A stretch of 57,690 nt of DNA from a bacterium. GTDB lineage: Bacteria; Bacillota; Clostridia; Christensenellales; UBA1242. Both the position numbers and the translations under genes were made by a program. Below are positions 1 through 10,122 of this stretch, piece by piece; within the stretch, counting starts at the first letter, position 1, and every line of letters starts with the position of its first letter. The notes below the pieces were generated by a model. It ran no database searches. It saw only the letters and a program-made list of their open reading frames with translations, and was not told where the DNA came from. Location: contig JAILMD010000032.1 of NCBI GenBank assembly GCA_024692805.1, positions 1 to 57,690 on the forward strand, read 5' to 3'.

Positions 1-146
1 AAACGCGTCACTATTTTCAAAAACTTGTCAAATTATAATGTAAAATGAAAGTGTGTTAGCACAAAAAATAAGTTATTTATCAAAATTTTTATTTGAATGT
101 TTGACAAATTTCGATAAAATATGACAAAGGAAAGGGTAAAAGATTA

Positions 147-851
147 ATGGGGAGTTATTCTTTAAAAAAATATTTAGAAAGTAACGAAAACAGGGTTAAT
201 GAAGCCTGTTCTATTGTTTTGAAAAAACGCAAAAAATATACAAACTATGTCAAAAAATGCCATAAAAATGACAATATTAAAGCCTTTAGTAAGTTGGTAA
301 GTAAAAATATCGAGATTAGCGAAGAAGATAAAAAGCTAGTTTTATGTGAATATGAAAAGATGAAAATCTGGATCAAAACGCTCCTTAGTGTTTATGCTAG
401 CATTCCTAACATCATTAAAATTATTGATCAAATTGTTTCTAGCCACGCTTCAAATCCTTACATAACTTTTGGTGGAAACGCGTTTTGCGATATTGAAAAA
501 GTTATAGATTTTTGTGATAGAAAGAATAAGTTGTTAAACATCCAAATTATGACCAATAAACTGATTGAGTTTTCCAACGAAGATGAGAAAAGAATAATTT
601 ATTTTAAGTTTAGGGATAGGGCAACAATTGAAACAATAGCAAAATTTTTAATGATTGAAAAGAGAAGTGTTTATAGAAAGATTGATGCTATTATTGGAAA
701 GCTTGCAACCTTTGCTTTATCACAAGGTTGGTCAACCTCTTTTATTTCAAAACAGGTTAACAATGAGCCTTGGATTGAAGAAAGGTTTAATGATTATGCT
801 ATTGAAGCACAAAAGAAAAGTAAAACTAGTGTTAGTGAGAGTGAATTATAA
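147..851 (+). CDS. Putative phage transcriptional regulator with a sigma-70 region-4-like HTH (RinA/ArpU-like role is only inferred)
   Basis: 234-aa ORF. The C-terminal segment EKRIIYFKFRDRATIETIAKFLMIEKRSVYRKIDAIIGKLA resembles a region-4 HTH. It lies upstream of the terminase. Confidence 0.4.
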   Translation: MGSYSLKKYLESNENRVNEACSIVLKKRKKYTNYVKKCHKNDNIKAFSKLVSKNIEISEEDKKLVLCEYEKMKIWIKTLLSVYASIPNIIKIIDQIVSSHASNPYITFGGNAFCDIEKVIDFCDRKNKLLNIQIMTNKLIEFSNEDEKRIIYFKFRDRATIETIAKFLMIEKRSVYRKIDAIIGKLATFALSQGWSTSFISKQVNNEPWIEERFNDYAIEAQKKSKTSVSESEL

Positions 852-1808
852 TAAGTTTTCGTCTTCATCATCAAGCGCAGAAAAATCAATATTCTTATAA
901 TTCTGTTTAAATGATAAGGTTGGTTCAAACTTATCTTTAATTTTATAAACCTTGCCTTTAAACGATTTAAGAGTTTTATGCTGGTTTGTTGTAAAAGATT
1001 TAATCGGAATTTCAACCTTTTGCCCAATAGAATTTTTTGATTGTTCACGATAGCTTCTTGCTTTAATGATTGATATTATCAACAAAATAACAACAGGCAA
1101 ACAAATTGCGCTAATAAGTATTATTTTTGTGAGCATAGGAATTTCATAGTTTTCAACATTATCGCTTTCAGTTATGGCCGTTTCAGGAGGTGGAGGGTCG
1201 GCTTCAGTGTTGGCTATAATTGGCGTTAGGTTAGTTGTTCGCTCGCTATAAACATAGCCATAATAAACGCTTGTTGGGTTGCTTTCAGGGCAATATTCAG
1301 CGAAAAACCAAACGTCACTTGTTCCGCCTGTTGGAACGCTTGATGAAATTTTAGCGATATAATTTATGTTTTGAGTGTTAGCTGGAATTGTTGTTAAAAC
1401 GTTAGTATTAGAATCGGCTGATGGTTCACTTCTTAGTTGTGTTGCTGAATCGCTATTAATTGCAAATGTTATGTTTTTAAGTGTTGGCAAAGTTGGGGTT
1501 ATGTTTGTTTTTGTTATGAAAGATGAATCAACAAACCCTGTAAAGTTATCATATTTTACTTTAAAAATATTAGCGTTTGTTTCACTTATTATTGTAACAA
1601 AATAACTTTCAGGTATTTCAAACATGACGTTTTCAGGCGAAGTTTGTGTTGAGTCAATGCTTTTAAAAAGAAGGCAGCCGCTTTTAACTTTAGCATAATT
1701 TGAATTTGATTCAGCATAAATAATTGGCTTATTTACCAACGCTATAAAACAAAACGATTGAAATAATATTATGATTAAAAAACTTAAAAATAGTTTTAAT
1801 TTTTTCAT
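846..1808 (-). CDS. Type-I membrane protein with two SH3b-like domains
   Basis: N-terminal signal peptide (MKKLKLFLSFLIIILFQSF...). Two segments follow the bacterial SH3 pattern (AKVKSGCLLFKS...FKVKYDNFTGFVDSSFI; ATQLRSEPSADSN...YYGYVYSE). A Pro-rich linker, a TM helix (ILISAICLPVVILLIISII) and a basic tail follow. It is antisense to the phage genes. Confidence 0.5.
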   Translation of the reverse strand: MKKLKLFLSFLIIILFQSFCFIALVNKPIIYAESNSNYAKVKSGCLLFKSIDSTQTSPENVMFEIPESYFVTIISETNANIFKVKYDNFTGFVDSSFITKTNITPTLPTLKNITFAINSDSATQLRSEPSADSNTNVLTTIPANTQNINYIAKISSSVPTGGTSDVWFFAEYCPESNPTSVYYGYVYSERTTNLTPIIANTEADPPPPETAITESDNVENYEIPMLTKIILISAICLPVVILLIISIIKARSYREQSKNSIGQKVEIPIKSFTTNQHKTLKSFKGKVYKIKDKFEPTLSFKQNYKNIDFSALDDEDENLL

Positions 1809-1935
1809 AGTTTTATTATAAAAATTAAAAAGCCTAAAATGTAGGCGAAATATGCAATATTATAAATATTTTTAGCGTTTTTTAAACTGAAAATAATAAA
1901 AATGCAGTTTTTAAAGTGTTGTTTGAGGTTAAAAA

Positions 1936-3369
1936 TTGAATAGTTTAGTTGAATATATTAACCTGTTAAAAGAGATTAAAAAACGAAAATCATATAAAAT
2001 TAATAAATATAACAAAGGCAAAATTGTTCATTTAAAACAGCTTGAATTTCATAAATGTCAAAAGCGAAATAGGTGGGTTTTTGGTGGTAATAGATCGGGC
2101 AAAACTGAATGTGGGGCTGTTGAAGTTGTTTGGCTTGCTAGAGGAATCCATCCTTTTAGAGATAATAAACCTAACGTTGTTGGTTGGGTTGTTAGCCTCT
2201 CATCAAAAGTTCAAAAAGAGGTTAGCCAAGAAAAGATTTTAAAATATTTGCCGAGTGATTGGATTGATGAAATTATTATGAACTCGGGAAGTAAAGCAAG
2301 CGCTGAGTTTGGTGTTATTGACACAATTGTTATTAAAAACGTTTTTGGCGGAAATAGTAAAATTAGTTTTAAAACGTGTGAGAGTGGACGCGAGAAGTTT
2401 CAAGGAACAAGTCTTGACTTTGTTTGGTTTGATGAAGAGCCACCGCTTGATATTTATAACGAATGTGTTATGAGGGTTTTAGATAAAAGGGGCGACATTT
2501 TTGGAACGATGACGCCGCTTAAAGGTTTAACCTTTGTTTATGATTACATTTATTTAAATAAATTTAATGACCCTGAAGTTTGGTGTGAGTTTATTGAGTG
2601 GGCTGATAACCCATATTTAAGCGCAGATGAAATAAAAAGGCTAAGTTCAACAATGGGTGAAAGTGAACTTGAATCGCGAAGATTTGGCCGTTTTACTGAT
2701 ATTGCTAATAGTGTTGTTTATAAAGAGTTTGATGAAAAGGTTAATGTTATTGAGCCGTTTAATGTGCCACGTGATTGGTTTGATATGATTTCAATTGACC
2801 CAGGCCTTCATAATCCATTAAGTTGTCATTTTTACGCGCAAGACTATGATGGCAATGTTTATGTTATTGCAGAGCATTATCAAAGTAATATTACTGTTGA
2901 AGAACATTCAATAGCAATTAAACAAATCTGTAAAGAACTAAATTGGCCAACAGGCTTTAATGGTTATATTAATGCAATTATTGATAGCGCTGCATCGCAA
3001 AAAACTTTGGCAAGTGAAAAAAACGTTGTTGATTTGTTTTATGATTTTGGAATAATGGTTAACCCAAACGTTAATAAAGATTTGTTTAGTGGAATAAGCA
3101 GGGTTAAAAGTTATCTTAAAGACGCTAATGGTAAAGCTCATCTATTTATCTTTTCAAACTGCGTTAATTTAATTAGAGAAATAAAAGGTTATTTTTGGGG
3201 TTTTGAGGAAAAGCCTGTTAAAAAAGATGATCATGCCCTTGATGAACTTAGATATTATATTATGACAAAGCCTGAGCAAAAAGCTAAAAAAGATGAGTTA
3301 TCAATTATTCAAAAAGATAAATTGAAGCTTATTAAAAAGATAAATAAAGCAAAATTTAACAATTTATAA
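1936..3369 (+). CDS. terL: Phage terminase large subunit
   Basis: Walker A-like GGNRSGKTECG, Walker B-like LDFVWFDEEP, and a C-terminal nuclease-type motif DDHALDELRYYI. TTG start lies 5 nt after GAGGT. A portal gene lies downstream. Confidence 0.9.
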   Translation: MNSLVEYINLLKEIKKRKSYKINKYNKGKIVHLKQLEFHKCQKRNRWVFGGNRSGKTECGAVEVVWLARGIHPFRDNKPNVVGWVVSLSSKVQKEVSQEKILKYLPSDWIDEIIMNSGSKASAEFGVIDTIVIKNVFGGNSKISFKTCESGREKFQGTSLDFVWFDEEPPLDIYNECVMRVLDKRGDIFGTMTPLKGLTFVYDYIYLNKFNDPEVWCEFIEWADNPYLSADEIKRLSSTMGESELESRRFGRFTDIANSVVYKEFDEKVNVIEPFNVPRDWFDMISIDPGLHNPLSCHFYAQDYDGNVYVIAEHYQSNITVEEHSIAIKQICKELNWPTGFNGYINAIIDSAASQKTLASEKNVVDLFYDFGIMVNPNVNKDLFSGISRVKSYLKDANGKAHLFIFSNCVNLIREIKGYFWGFEEKPVKKDDHALDELRYYIMTKPEQKAKKDELSIIQKDKLKLIKKINKAKFNNL

Positions 3370-3431
3370 AAACGCAAAAATTAAAATTACAAGTTAAAAA
3401 TGTTTTAAAATATTTAAAATTTATAATAAAA

Positions 3432-3881
3432 ATGCAACAAAATAATATATCGGATAGGTTATATAAAATTTTATTAAAAAGAGCAGAAGGGTTCTTTTAT
3501 AAAGAAGTTTGTGAAGAGTTTGTTTATGACAATAAACCCAAAAACTCAACTCAAATTTCATTTTTTGATGCGGAAAATAATGTTGAAACAAAATCTAAAA
3601 AACGTGTCACCAAAACAAGAGTTAATCAAAACCTTAATGTAAAATTAGATTGTAACGACGTTAGTTGTTTTGCTTCAGGAGAGAATTGTGAAGATATCAA
3701 AGCGCCTACTTTGGCTAAGAAAAAAGTTACCACGCACTTTGTTCCGCCTGATATGCTTGCTATTAAAATGCTTTTGGAAATTGATAAAACGTTAGGCGCT
3801 GATTTAACAATGATGAGCGATTCAGAGCTTATGGCTTTAGCAAAACAATTAGAAGATGAAATTAAACAAAAAGGAGAATAA
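3432..3881 (+). CDS. Hypothetical phage protein, possibly terminase small subunit-like
   Basis: 149 aa. LYKILLKRAEGFFYKE...KKKVTTHFVPPDMLAIKMLLE recalls the KRAxGy...k.v.k.lpPD.xA motif of some Firmicute-phage small terminases. Its stop directly abuts the portal ATG. Confidence 0.35.
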   Translation: MQQNNISDRLYKILLKRAEGFFYKEVCEEFVYDNKPKNSTQISFFDAENNVETKSKKRVTKTRVNQNLNVKLDCNDVSCFASGENCEDIKAPTLAKKKVTTHFVPPDMLAIKMLLEIDKTLGADLTMMSDSELMALAKQLEDEIKQKGE

Positions 3882-5762
3882 ATGGAAAGAAAGTTTTTTT
3901 ATAATGAAGAAAAAGATGAAGAAATAGTAAACGCTATTCAAGCAGATTTTGAGCGCAGAAGAGAAGAAAGAAGACCTATTGAATTAGGTTGGGAGCTTAA
4001 TATGAATTTCGTTTTAGGAAACCAATATTGTTATGTTTCTGGTAAAGGCGAAATTGGTGATCTTGAAAAAAGTTATTCGTGGGAGTGTCGCGAGGTTTAT
4101 AACCATATTGCGCCGTTAGTTGAAGCGCGTCTTGCTCGTTTAGCAAAAGTTAGGCCAAGTGTTAGCGTTATGCCTGCTTCAAGCGACAGAGATGATATTG
4201 CTTGCGCAAAGTTAAGTAAGGCGGTTTTAAATTATGCAACAAACAAGCATAACCTCAGCAGCCTTATTGGTGAGGCGACGGCGTGGAGTGAAGTAACAGG
4301 CACCGCTTTTTATAAAGTTGCGTGGAGCAATAACGGCGGTGATTTAATTGCTAAAACTGATGAAGGTGAACTTTATGAAGGTGATATTGATATTTCAGTT
4401 TGTCCGCCTTTTGAAATTTTTCCTGATTCGTGTGGCGCAAAAGATATTGAAGATTGCCAAAGCATTATTCACGCACAAGTTGTTCCAGCAGAAGTTGTTA
4501 ACGAAAAGTTTAATGTTGAAATTGATGGGACTGACCTCGACACTTTCACTTTCGATAATAACAATTTCCTTGCGGGAATGAGCGGAAGGGAAAGCGTTAA
4601 AAAGTTAACAAAAATGACAAAGCATAATCATTGTCTTATTATTGAAAAATATGAAAAGCCAACAAAACATAACCCAAACGGAAGGTTTACTATTGTTTGT
4701 GGAAAAACGCTTCTTTATGATGGTGAACTTCCTTTTATAAACGCAGATAATGAAAAGAGAAGTTTTCCATTTGTTAGGCAAATCTCGCAGGTTCAAAGTG
4801 GTTCATTTTGGGGAATTAGTGTTGTTGAAAGGTGTATTCCTGTTCAGCGCGCTTATAACGCGATTAAAAATCGCAAACATGAGTTTTTAGCGCGTTTAGC
4901 AGGCGGTGTTTTGGCTGTTGAAGATGGCTCTGTTGACATTGATGACCTTGAAGATGAGGGGCTTGCTCCTGGTAAGGTTTTGATTTATAGGGCGGGATCA
5001 AGCGTTCCTAAGTTTATGGATGCAGGCGATGTTCCTTATGACTTTAATCGCGAGGAAGATAGGTTAATTGATGAGTTTAACACGGTTAGCGGAGTTAGTG
5101 ATTTTATGCGTGATAGCTCAGTTCCTTCTCAAATTTCAAGCGGAACAGCATTGAGTTTACTTATTGAACAGGATGAGAGTAGGCTAACAGCAACGGCAGA
5201 AAATATTAGAACGGCAACAAGACAAATAGCTAAACATATTTTAAAACTTTATAAACAGTTTGCAACAACTAAAAGGCTTGCTAGCATTGCTGATAATGAT
5301 GGCGAAGTTGAGGTTTATTATTGGACGGGCGCTGACCTTTCTAACACGGATATTGTTTTAGATACTGTTAACGAGTTAACGCTATCACAAGCGCAAAAGA
5401 GATCTTTAATGCTTGAATTGTTTAAATTAGGCTTATTTCACGATGAGAAAGGTAAACTTTCAAATAGAATAAGATATAAACTTTTAGAGGGCCTTGGATT
5501 TGGTATGTGGGATTACGCCCAAGATGAACGCGTTACTCACACAAAACGTGCCAACATTGAAAATATAAATATGAAGCCAAATTTAGTTCCAAATGAGTTT
5601 GATGACCATGACATTCACATTGAAGAACATAGAAAGTTTTTACTTAGCGAAGAATGCTCTAAACGTGGCGAAGAATATGTTAAGTGGCTAACTGACCATA
5701 TTATTGCACACAAACAAATGAGTGTTGCTGATGGCGTTTTTAATGAATTAAAAGAAAAATAG
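3882..5762 (+). CDS. Phage portal protein
   Basis: 626-aa ORF directly after the terminase genes and before scaffold and capsid. The call rests on size and position, not on a motif. Confidence 0.75.
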   Translation: MERKFFYNEEKDEEIVNAIQADFERRREERRPIELGWELNMNFVLGNQYCYVSGKGEIGDLEKSYSWECREVYNHIAPLVEARLARLAKVRPSVSVMPASSDRDDIACAKLSKAVLNYATNKHNLSSLIGEATAWSEVTGTAFYKVAWSNNGGDLIAKTDEGELYEGDIDISVCPPFEIFPDSCGAKDIEDCQSIIHAQVVPAEVVNEKFNVEIDGTDLDTFTFDNNNFLAGMSGRESVKKLTKMTKHNHCLIIEKYEKPTKHNPNGRFTIVCGKTLLYDGELPFINADNEKRSFPFVRQISQVQSGSFWGISVVERCIPVQRAYNAIKNRKHEFLARLAGGVLAVEDGSVDIDDLEDEGLAPGKVLIYRAGSSVPKFMDAGDVPYDFNREEDRLIDEFNTVSGVSDFMRDSSVPSQISSGTALSLLIEQDESRLTATAENIRTATRQIAKHILKLYKQFATTKRLASIADNDGEVEVYYWTGADLSNTDIVLDTVNELTLSQAQKRSLMLELFKLGLFHDEKGKLSNRIRYKLLEGLGFGMWDYAQDERVTHTKRANIENINMKPNLVPNEFDDHDIHIEEHRKFLLSEECSKRGEEYVKWLTDHIIAHKQMSVADGVFNELKEK

Positions 5763-5769
5763 GAGATTT

Positions 5770-6450
5770 ATGGAAGATAAAATTTTAGATGGGGAACAAC
5801 CAGAAGTTGATAATGGCTACAGCGCAGGTGCGCAAGAATTGGAAAATGATATAGAACCAAAAGAATTAAACAATGGCTCCCCATATGGAAAGTTTAAAGA
5901 TGCAAAAAGTTTGCTTAATGCTTACAATAACCTTGAAGCAGAATTCACGCGAAAAAGTCAAAAGTTAAGTGAGGTTTTAAAAGAAAACCTAAGCCAAAAA
6001 GAAAGTGCTTTGCCAACTGAAAACAGCGCAAATGAAAATAGGGAAACTGCTTTATATAACCAACCTAACTGGAAACAGAAAGTTTCTGAATTTTACAAAA
6101 ATAACGCAAACGCTAAAAACGAAAGTAAAAATATTGCTAAAATTTTAGTAAAATACCCAGAAATTGCAAAAAGTGAAAATTGTCTTGACATAGCTTACAA
6201 GATGGTTATTAGTGAGAAATATGTTGAACCTGCTCAACTTTCTTGTGACGAAGATTTTTTAAAGAAATATATTGCTGATAACGAGCGCGCCAAAGAAATG
6301 ATTATTGGCAGTTATATTAAATCTTTAAATGCTCGCCCAAGCGCCCCAGAAATTGTTTCGGGGCGAGGAAATAATATATCACCAACTCCTGCTAAAAAAC
6401 TTAGTTCGATTAGTGAGGCAGGAGAAGTTTTAAGAAAATATTTTAATTAG
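5770..6450 (+). CDS. Phage scaffolding protein (putative)
   Basis: 226 aa, acidic and helical. GKFKDAKSLLNAYNNLEAEFTRKSQKL resembles scaffold proteins of Firmicute phages. It lies between portal and capsid. Confidence 0.55.
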   Translation: MEDKILDGEQPEVDNGYSAGAQELENDIEPKELNNGSPYGKFKDAKSLLNAYNNLEAEFTRKSQKLSEVLKENLSQKESALPTENSANENRETALYNQPNWKQKVSEFYKNNANAKNESKNIAKILVKYPEIAKSENCLDIAYKMVISEKYVEPAQLSCDEDFLKKYIADNERAKEMIIGSYIKSLNARPSAPEIVSGRGNNISPTPAKKLSSISEAGEVLRKYFN

Positions 6451-6459
6451 GAGAAAATA

Positions 6460-7659
6460 ATGGTTACTTTAAGTAATGCTGATAAAGCGCTAAAAGAAGT
6501 TTATCTTGGTGTTGTTAGTGATCAATTGAATTTAACAGCAAATCCTCTTTTAGCAAAAATTAATCAAACAACCAATGATGTTTGGGGAAGCGAAATTAAA
6601 AAGATGGCACCTTATGGCATTAATGGTGGTATTGGTGCAGGAACTGAAACGGGTGATCTTCCTGTTGCAGCACAAAACAATTATGAACAATTTACATTAA
6701 CTCTTAAAAACCTTTATGGAAAAATTGAGATTAGTGATAAAGCAATGCGTTCTTCTATGAGTTCAGCTGGTGCGTTTGTTAACCTTCTTAACGCTGAAAT
6801 GGAAGGGCTTGTTAAGGCAAGTGCTTTTAACCTTGGAAGAATGCTTTATTCTGACGGAAGCGGAAAACTTTGTTCAATCGTTACTAACACAACAACTACT
6901 TTTACTGTTAGCTCAGTTAAAAATTTAGTTGAAGGAATGGTTATTGATGTTATTGACGGCTCAGGCAATGTTAGCGCAACTGTTGCAGCTAAGAGGATTG
7001 TTGGCATTGATAGGGCTAACAAAACTGTTACTATAACAGGGGTAACAATGACTGCTGAAGCTTTCGAACCAACAGAGTCTGTTACTTATTATCTTTGTGT
7101 TCAAGGTTCTTACGGTAAAGAATTAACCGGTCTTGGCGCAATATTTAGTGATAGTGGCTCAATTTATGGGTTATCTAGATCAACTTATTCTTGGCTTGTT
7201 CCTTATATGAAAGATATCTCAGTTAGTGGAACTGCTCAGGATATTAACGATTTAACAATTCAAAAAGTTTTAGACTATCTTACTGAAACTTACAATTCAA
7301 ACATTGACTTTATTTGTTGCTCAGCTGGCGTTAAGAGGAATTATCAAGAATATTTCTCAACTTACAGAACTAACGTTGATTATATGGAACTTAACGGTGG
7401 CTTTAAGGCTATTAGTTATAACGGAATTCCTATTGTTAGTGATAGATTTATTGATGATGGAACAATGTTTATGTTAAACACAAAAGAATTTAACCTTCAT
7501 CAACTTTGTGATTGGAAATGGCTTGAAGGCGAAGATGGCAGAGTTATTAAACAGAACTTAAACAAACCAACTTACAGCGCAACATTGGTTAAATATGCTG
7601 ACCTTATTTGCAACCAACCAGGCGGGCAAGCAAAACTAACTGGAATAGACGAGTCTTAA
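6460..7659 (+). CDS. Phage major capsid protein
   Basis: 399 aa, strong SD, directly after the scaffold gene. The N-terminal pattern LKEVYLGVVSDQLN...NGGIGAGTETGDLP...LYGKIEISDKAM is typical of capsid proteins as I recall them. Confidence 0.75.
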   Translation: MVTLSNADKALKEVYLGVVSDQLNLTANPLLAKINQTTNDVWGSEIKKMAPYGINGGIGAGTETGDLPVAAQNNYEQFTLTLKNLYGKIEISDKAMRSSMSSAGAFVNLLNAEMEGLVKASAFNLGRMLYSDGSGKLCSIVTNTTTTFTVSSVKNLVEGMVIDVIDGSGNVSATVAAKRIVGIDRANKTVTITGVTMTAEAFEPTESVTYYLCVQGSYGKELTGLGAIFSDSGSIYGLSRSTYSWLVPYMKDISVSGTAQDINDLTIQKVLDYLTETYNSNIDFICCSAGVKRNYQEYFSTYRTNVDYMELNGGFKAISYNGIPIVSDRFIDDGTMFMLNTKEFNLHQLCDWKWLEGEDGRVIKQNLNKPTYSATLVKYADLICNQPGGQAKLTGIDES

Positions 7660-7670
7660 GGTAAGTTTTT

Positions 7671-8048
7671 ATGAAAGAGTATTTAGAAAAAGTGTTTGAT
7701 TTGTTGTTTTTATATAAAAGAGTTAAAGAAGTTAACCCAAATTTTGAGCTTTGCAAAAACTTAAAAACGGGAAGGTTTGAAGTTCATAATTTTTCTAACC
7801 CTAAAGATAGTTTAGTTATAACTGCATCTTATCTTGATGGAAGGCTTATTGATAAGCTTAAAGAAACGAGCGCAGATAACGCCCATAAACTTTTTAAAAG
7901 ACTTGATGAGGAAAACGAGAAAAATGAGCAGAAAAACCTTGATAATTTAGTTGAAGATGCTAGCAACAAATTAAACGAAATTGCTAAATACTCTTTTTAT
8001 AAAAATGAAGATTTAACCGAAGAACAAATTAAAAAAATAATAAACTAG
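7671..8048 (+). CDS. Hypothetical phage head-associated protein
   Basis: 125-aa ORF packed within the structural operon. No motif recognised. Confidence 0.4.
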   Translation: MKEYLEKVFDLLFLYKRVKEVNPNFELCKNLKTGRFEVHNFSNPKDSLVITASYLDGRLIDKLKETSADNAHKLFKRLDEENEKNEQKNLDNLVEDASNKLNEIAKYSFYKNEDLTEEQIKKIIN

Positions 8049-8057
8049 GAGAAAAAT

Positions 8058-8630
8058 ATGCTTAAAGATTTAATTTATCTAGCTAGTTTTTACTTGAATT
8101 TAGATGATGTTAGCGATTATTTAACTAACATTGAAGATGATGATGCAACTATTGAAGCGCCAGCTGATGTTAGCGTTTTAATTAATTTAGCCAACCTTTC
8201 AATTAGACGAATTGTTAAAGATTATAGGCCTATTTATAGGGAAGAGTTTAAAAGAAGCGATGAAAACTGCATAATTCCGTTTAGTGGATTATCTAAAGAG
8301 GTTTGCACAATTAAGAATGTTGCAACTCTTGATAGGCTTCCTGTTACTTTTAGAATTTTAGAAAACAACATAAAGGTTGGCGTTCCATTTGGAGATTATT
8401 TAGTTAAATATTCTTATTATCCAAGCGAACTAACTGATTTAAGCGATAGTTTAGTTTTGCCTGATGGCGTTAGTCAAGAAGCTGTTTGTTTTAGTATGTG
8501 TTGCGATTACTTAACGATTAAGAGATTATATGATGATGCTGACGTTTTTGAATCAAAGTTTAAAGAGAGTTTAGTTAGGGGGCTTAAAGCAAATAAAGAC
8601 GTTAAAGTTGCGTCAAGAGGGTGGTTTTAA
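8058..8630 (+). CDS. Putative head-tail adaptor/connector
   Basis: 190 aa. Size and position resemble podovirus adaptors (P22 gp4 / T7 gp11 class). This is inference only. Confidence 0.3.
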   Translation: MLKDLIYLASFYLNLDDVSDYLTNIEDDDATIEAPADVSVLINLANLSIRRIVKDYRPIYREEFKRSDENCIIPFSGLSKEVCTIKNVATLDRLPVTFRILENNIKVGVPFGDYLVKYSYYPSELTDLSDSLVLPDGVSQEAVCFSMCCDYLTIKRLYDDADVFESKFKESLVRGLKANKDVKVASRGWF

Positions 8631-10120
8631 TGAATATTTTTAAAAGAATAAAAAAGCCTTTTGTTAAAAAGTCAAAGATAAAACTTTCATCTTTTCAAAA
8701 TGGCCTAAACTTAAAACTTGATGAGAACTTAACGCCATTAACTTATGCAGTTAAATTTTATAACTTTTCAAATAAAAGTGGCTCACTAACAAAGGGCCTT
8801 GGGCTTGCTGATTTTTGTCAAGTTTTAAACCAGCCTGATTTTTCTGATTTAGATGAAATTAATGTTACTAAGGTTTTTTATTCAAAAAAGTTTAATAATA
8901 GTCTTAATGTAAACCAAGACCAATTAGGTATTGTTTCAAATGACCTGAATTTTTATAGTATTCCGCTAAACTCAAATCAAACTTTTGAGTTAACAAACCA
9001 TATTGGTGTTGCCCTAAATAATAGCGATATAACTGCCATAAACTATAACCTTGACGGCGAAGATTCAACACTTATTTCAAGCCCCAATGACAGTTTGGTT
9101 GTTTGGCCAACTGAAAACGAAATTTATAGGGTTATTGACTGCCCAAGAATAACGAGCATGTGTGTTCATTATGAAAGGGTTTTTGCAACTGTTGGTGATG
9201 ATGAAAACACTATTTGGTTTAGTGATGACCTTGACCCAACAAACTGGAGCCTTAGCTTAACAGAAGCCGGCTTTATTAAAATGCAAGATGATAGGGGCGG
9301 ATGCAGAAAAGTTATTAGTTTTAATGGCTATGTTTATGTTTTTAGAGATTACGGAATAGCAAGAATTAGCGCTTTTGGCGATCAAAATCAATTTAGCGTT
9401 AGCCAACTCTTTGTTTCAAGCGGAAAGATTTATGCTAATAGCGTTGTTTTATGCGGAAACGAAGTAGTTTTTCTTGCAACAGACGGATTATATAAGTTTG
9501 ACGGAATTAATTGCGTTAAAATTTTAGATGGTTTAACGCCAGCATTTACTAGCGTTGATAACCAAAATTGTTGCGCAACTTATTTTGAAAATAAATATTA
9601 TTTAGCCTGCAAGTTTAATTATTCTGATAACACCCAAGCAGAAAATACAGCCTATAATAATGCGCTTATTGAAGTTGACTTATCTAAGAAAACGGCAATA
9701 TTTATGCGCGGAGTTGATGTAAAAAGCCTAACGGCAATAAATTGCGATAATTATAGGGGAGTTGTTGTTTGCGCTAAAAAGTTTAGTGATAGTAATTATA
9801 AAATTATGGCGCTTAACCAGTCTGGCGAAGCATTTGGTGAAGCATTAACTAAAGTTTGGGAAAGCCCGTTAACTGATCTTGGGTACCCTGAAAGCGAAAA
9901 AACGCTTTGTGAACTTATTGTTTCAACAAAAACTGACATAACTTTTGTTATTGAAAATGAAAAGGAAGATGTTAAGAGTTTTCAAATTTCAGGAAGCGAA
10001 AAACCAAAGAAAATCAATTTAATTTTTAAATTCAACAAACTTAAGTTTAAGATAATTTCAAATGAAAAAGATTGCTGCGTTATGACGCCGTTTTGCCTAA
10101 TAAAACTAAGTGAGGTTTAA
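8630..10120 (+). CDS. Putative tail hub/nozzle protein
   Basis: ATG at 8630 overlaps the preceding TAA (TAATG), and I prefer it to the GTG at 8621. About 496 aa, beta-rich, with repeated motifs such as NGYVYVFRDYGIARIS and GNEVVFLATDGLYKFDG that suggest propeller blades. Confidence 0.3.
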   Translation: MNIFKRIKKPFVKKSKIKLSSFQNGLNLKLDENLTPLTYAVKFYNFSNKSGSLTKGLGLADFCQVLNQPDFSDLDEINVTKVFYSKKFNNSLNVNQDQLGIVSNDLNFYSIPLNSNQTFELTNHIGVALNNSDITAINYNLDGEDSTLISSPNDSLVVWPTENEIYRVIDCPRITSMCVHYERVFATVGDDENTIWFSDDLDPTNWSLSLTEAGFIKMQDDRGGCRKVISFNGYVYVFRDYGIARISAFGDQNQFSVSQLFVSSGKIYANSVVLCGNEVVFLATDGLYKFDGINCVKILDGLTPAFTSVDNQNCCATYFENKYYLACKFNYSDNTQAENTAYNNALIEVDLSKKTAIFMRGVDVKSLTAINCDNYRGVVVCAKKFSDSNYKIMALNQSGEAFGEALTKVWESPLTDLGYPESEKTLCELIVSTKTDITFVIENEKEDVKSFQISGSEKPKKINLIFKFNKLKFKIISNEKDCCVMTPFCLIKLSEV

Positions 10121-10122
10121 CT

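Noticed and set aside
655-1048. ORFs 655-900 (+) and 794-1048 (-) at the regulator/SH3b junction
   Set aside because: They overlap two longer ORFs that have coherent domain structure. They have no independent translation signals.
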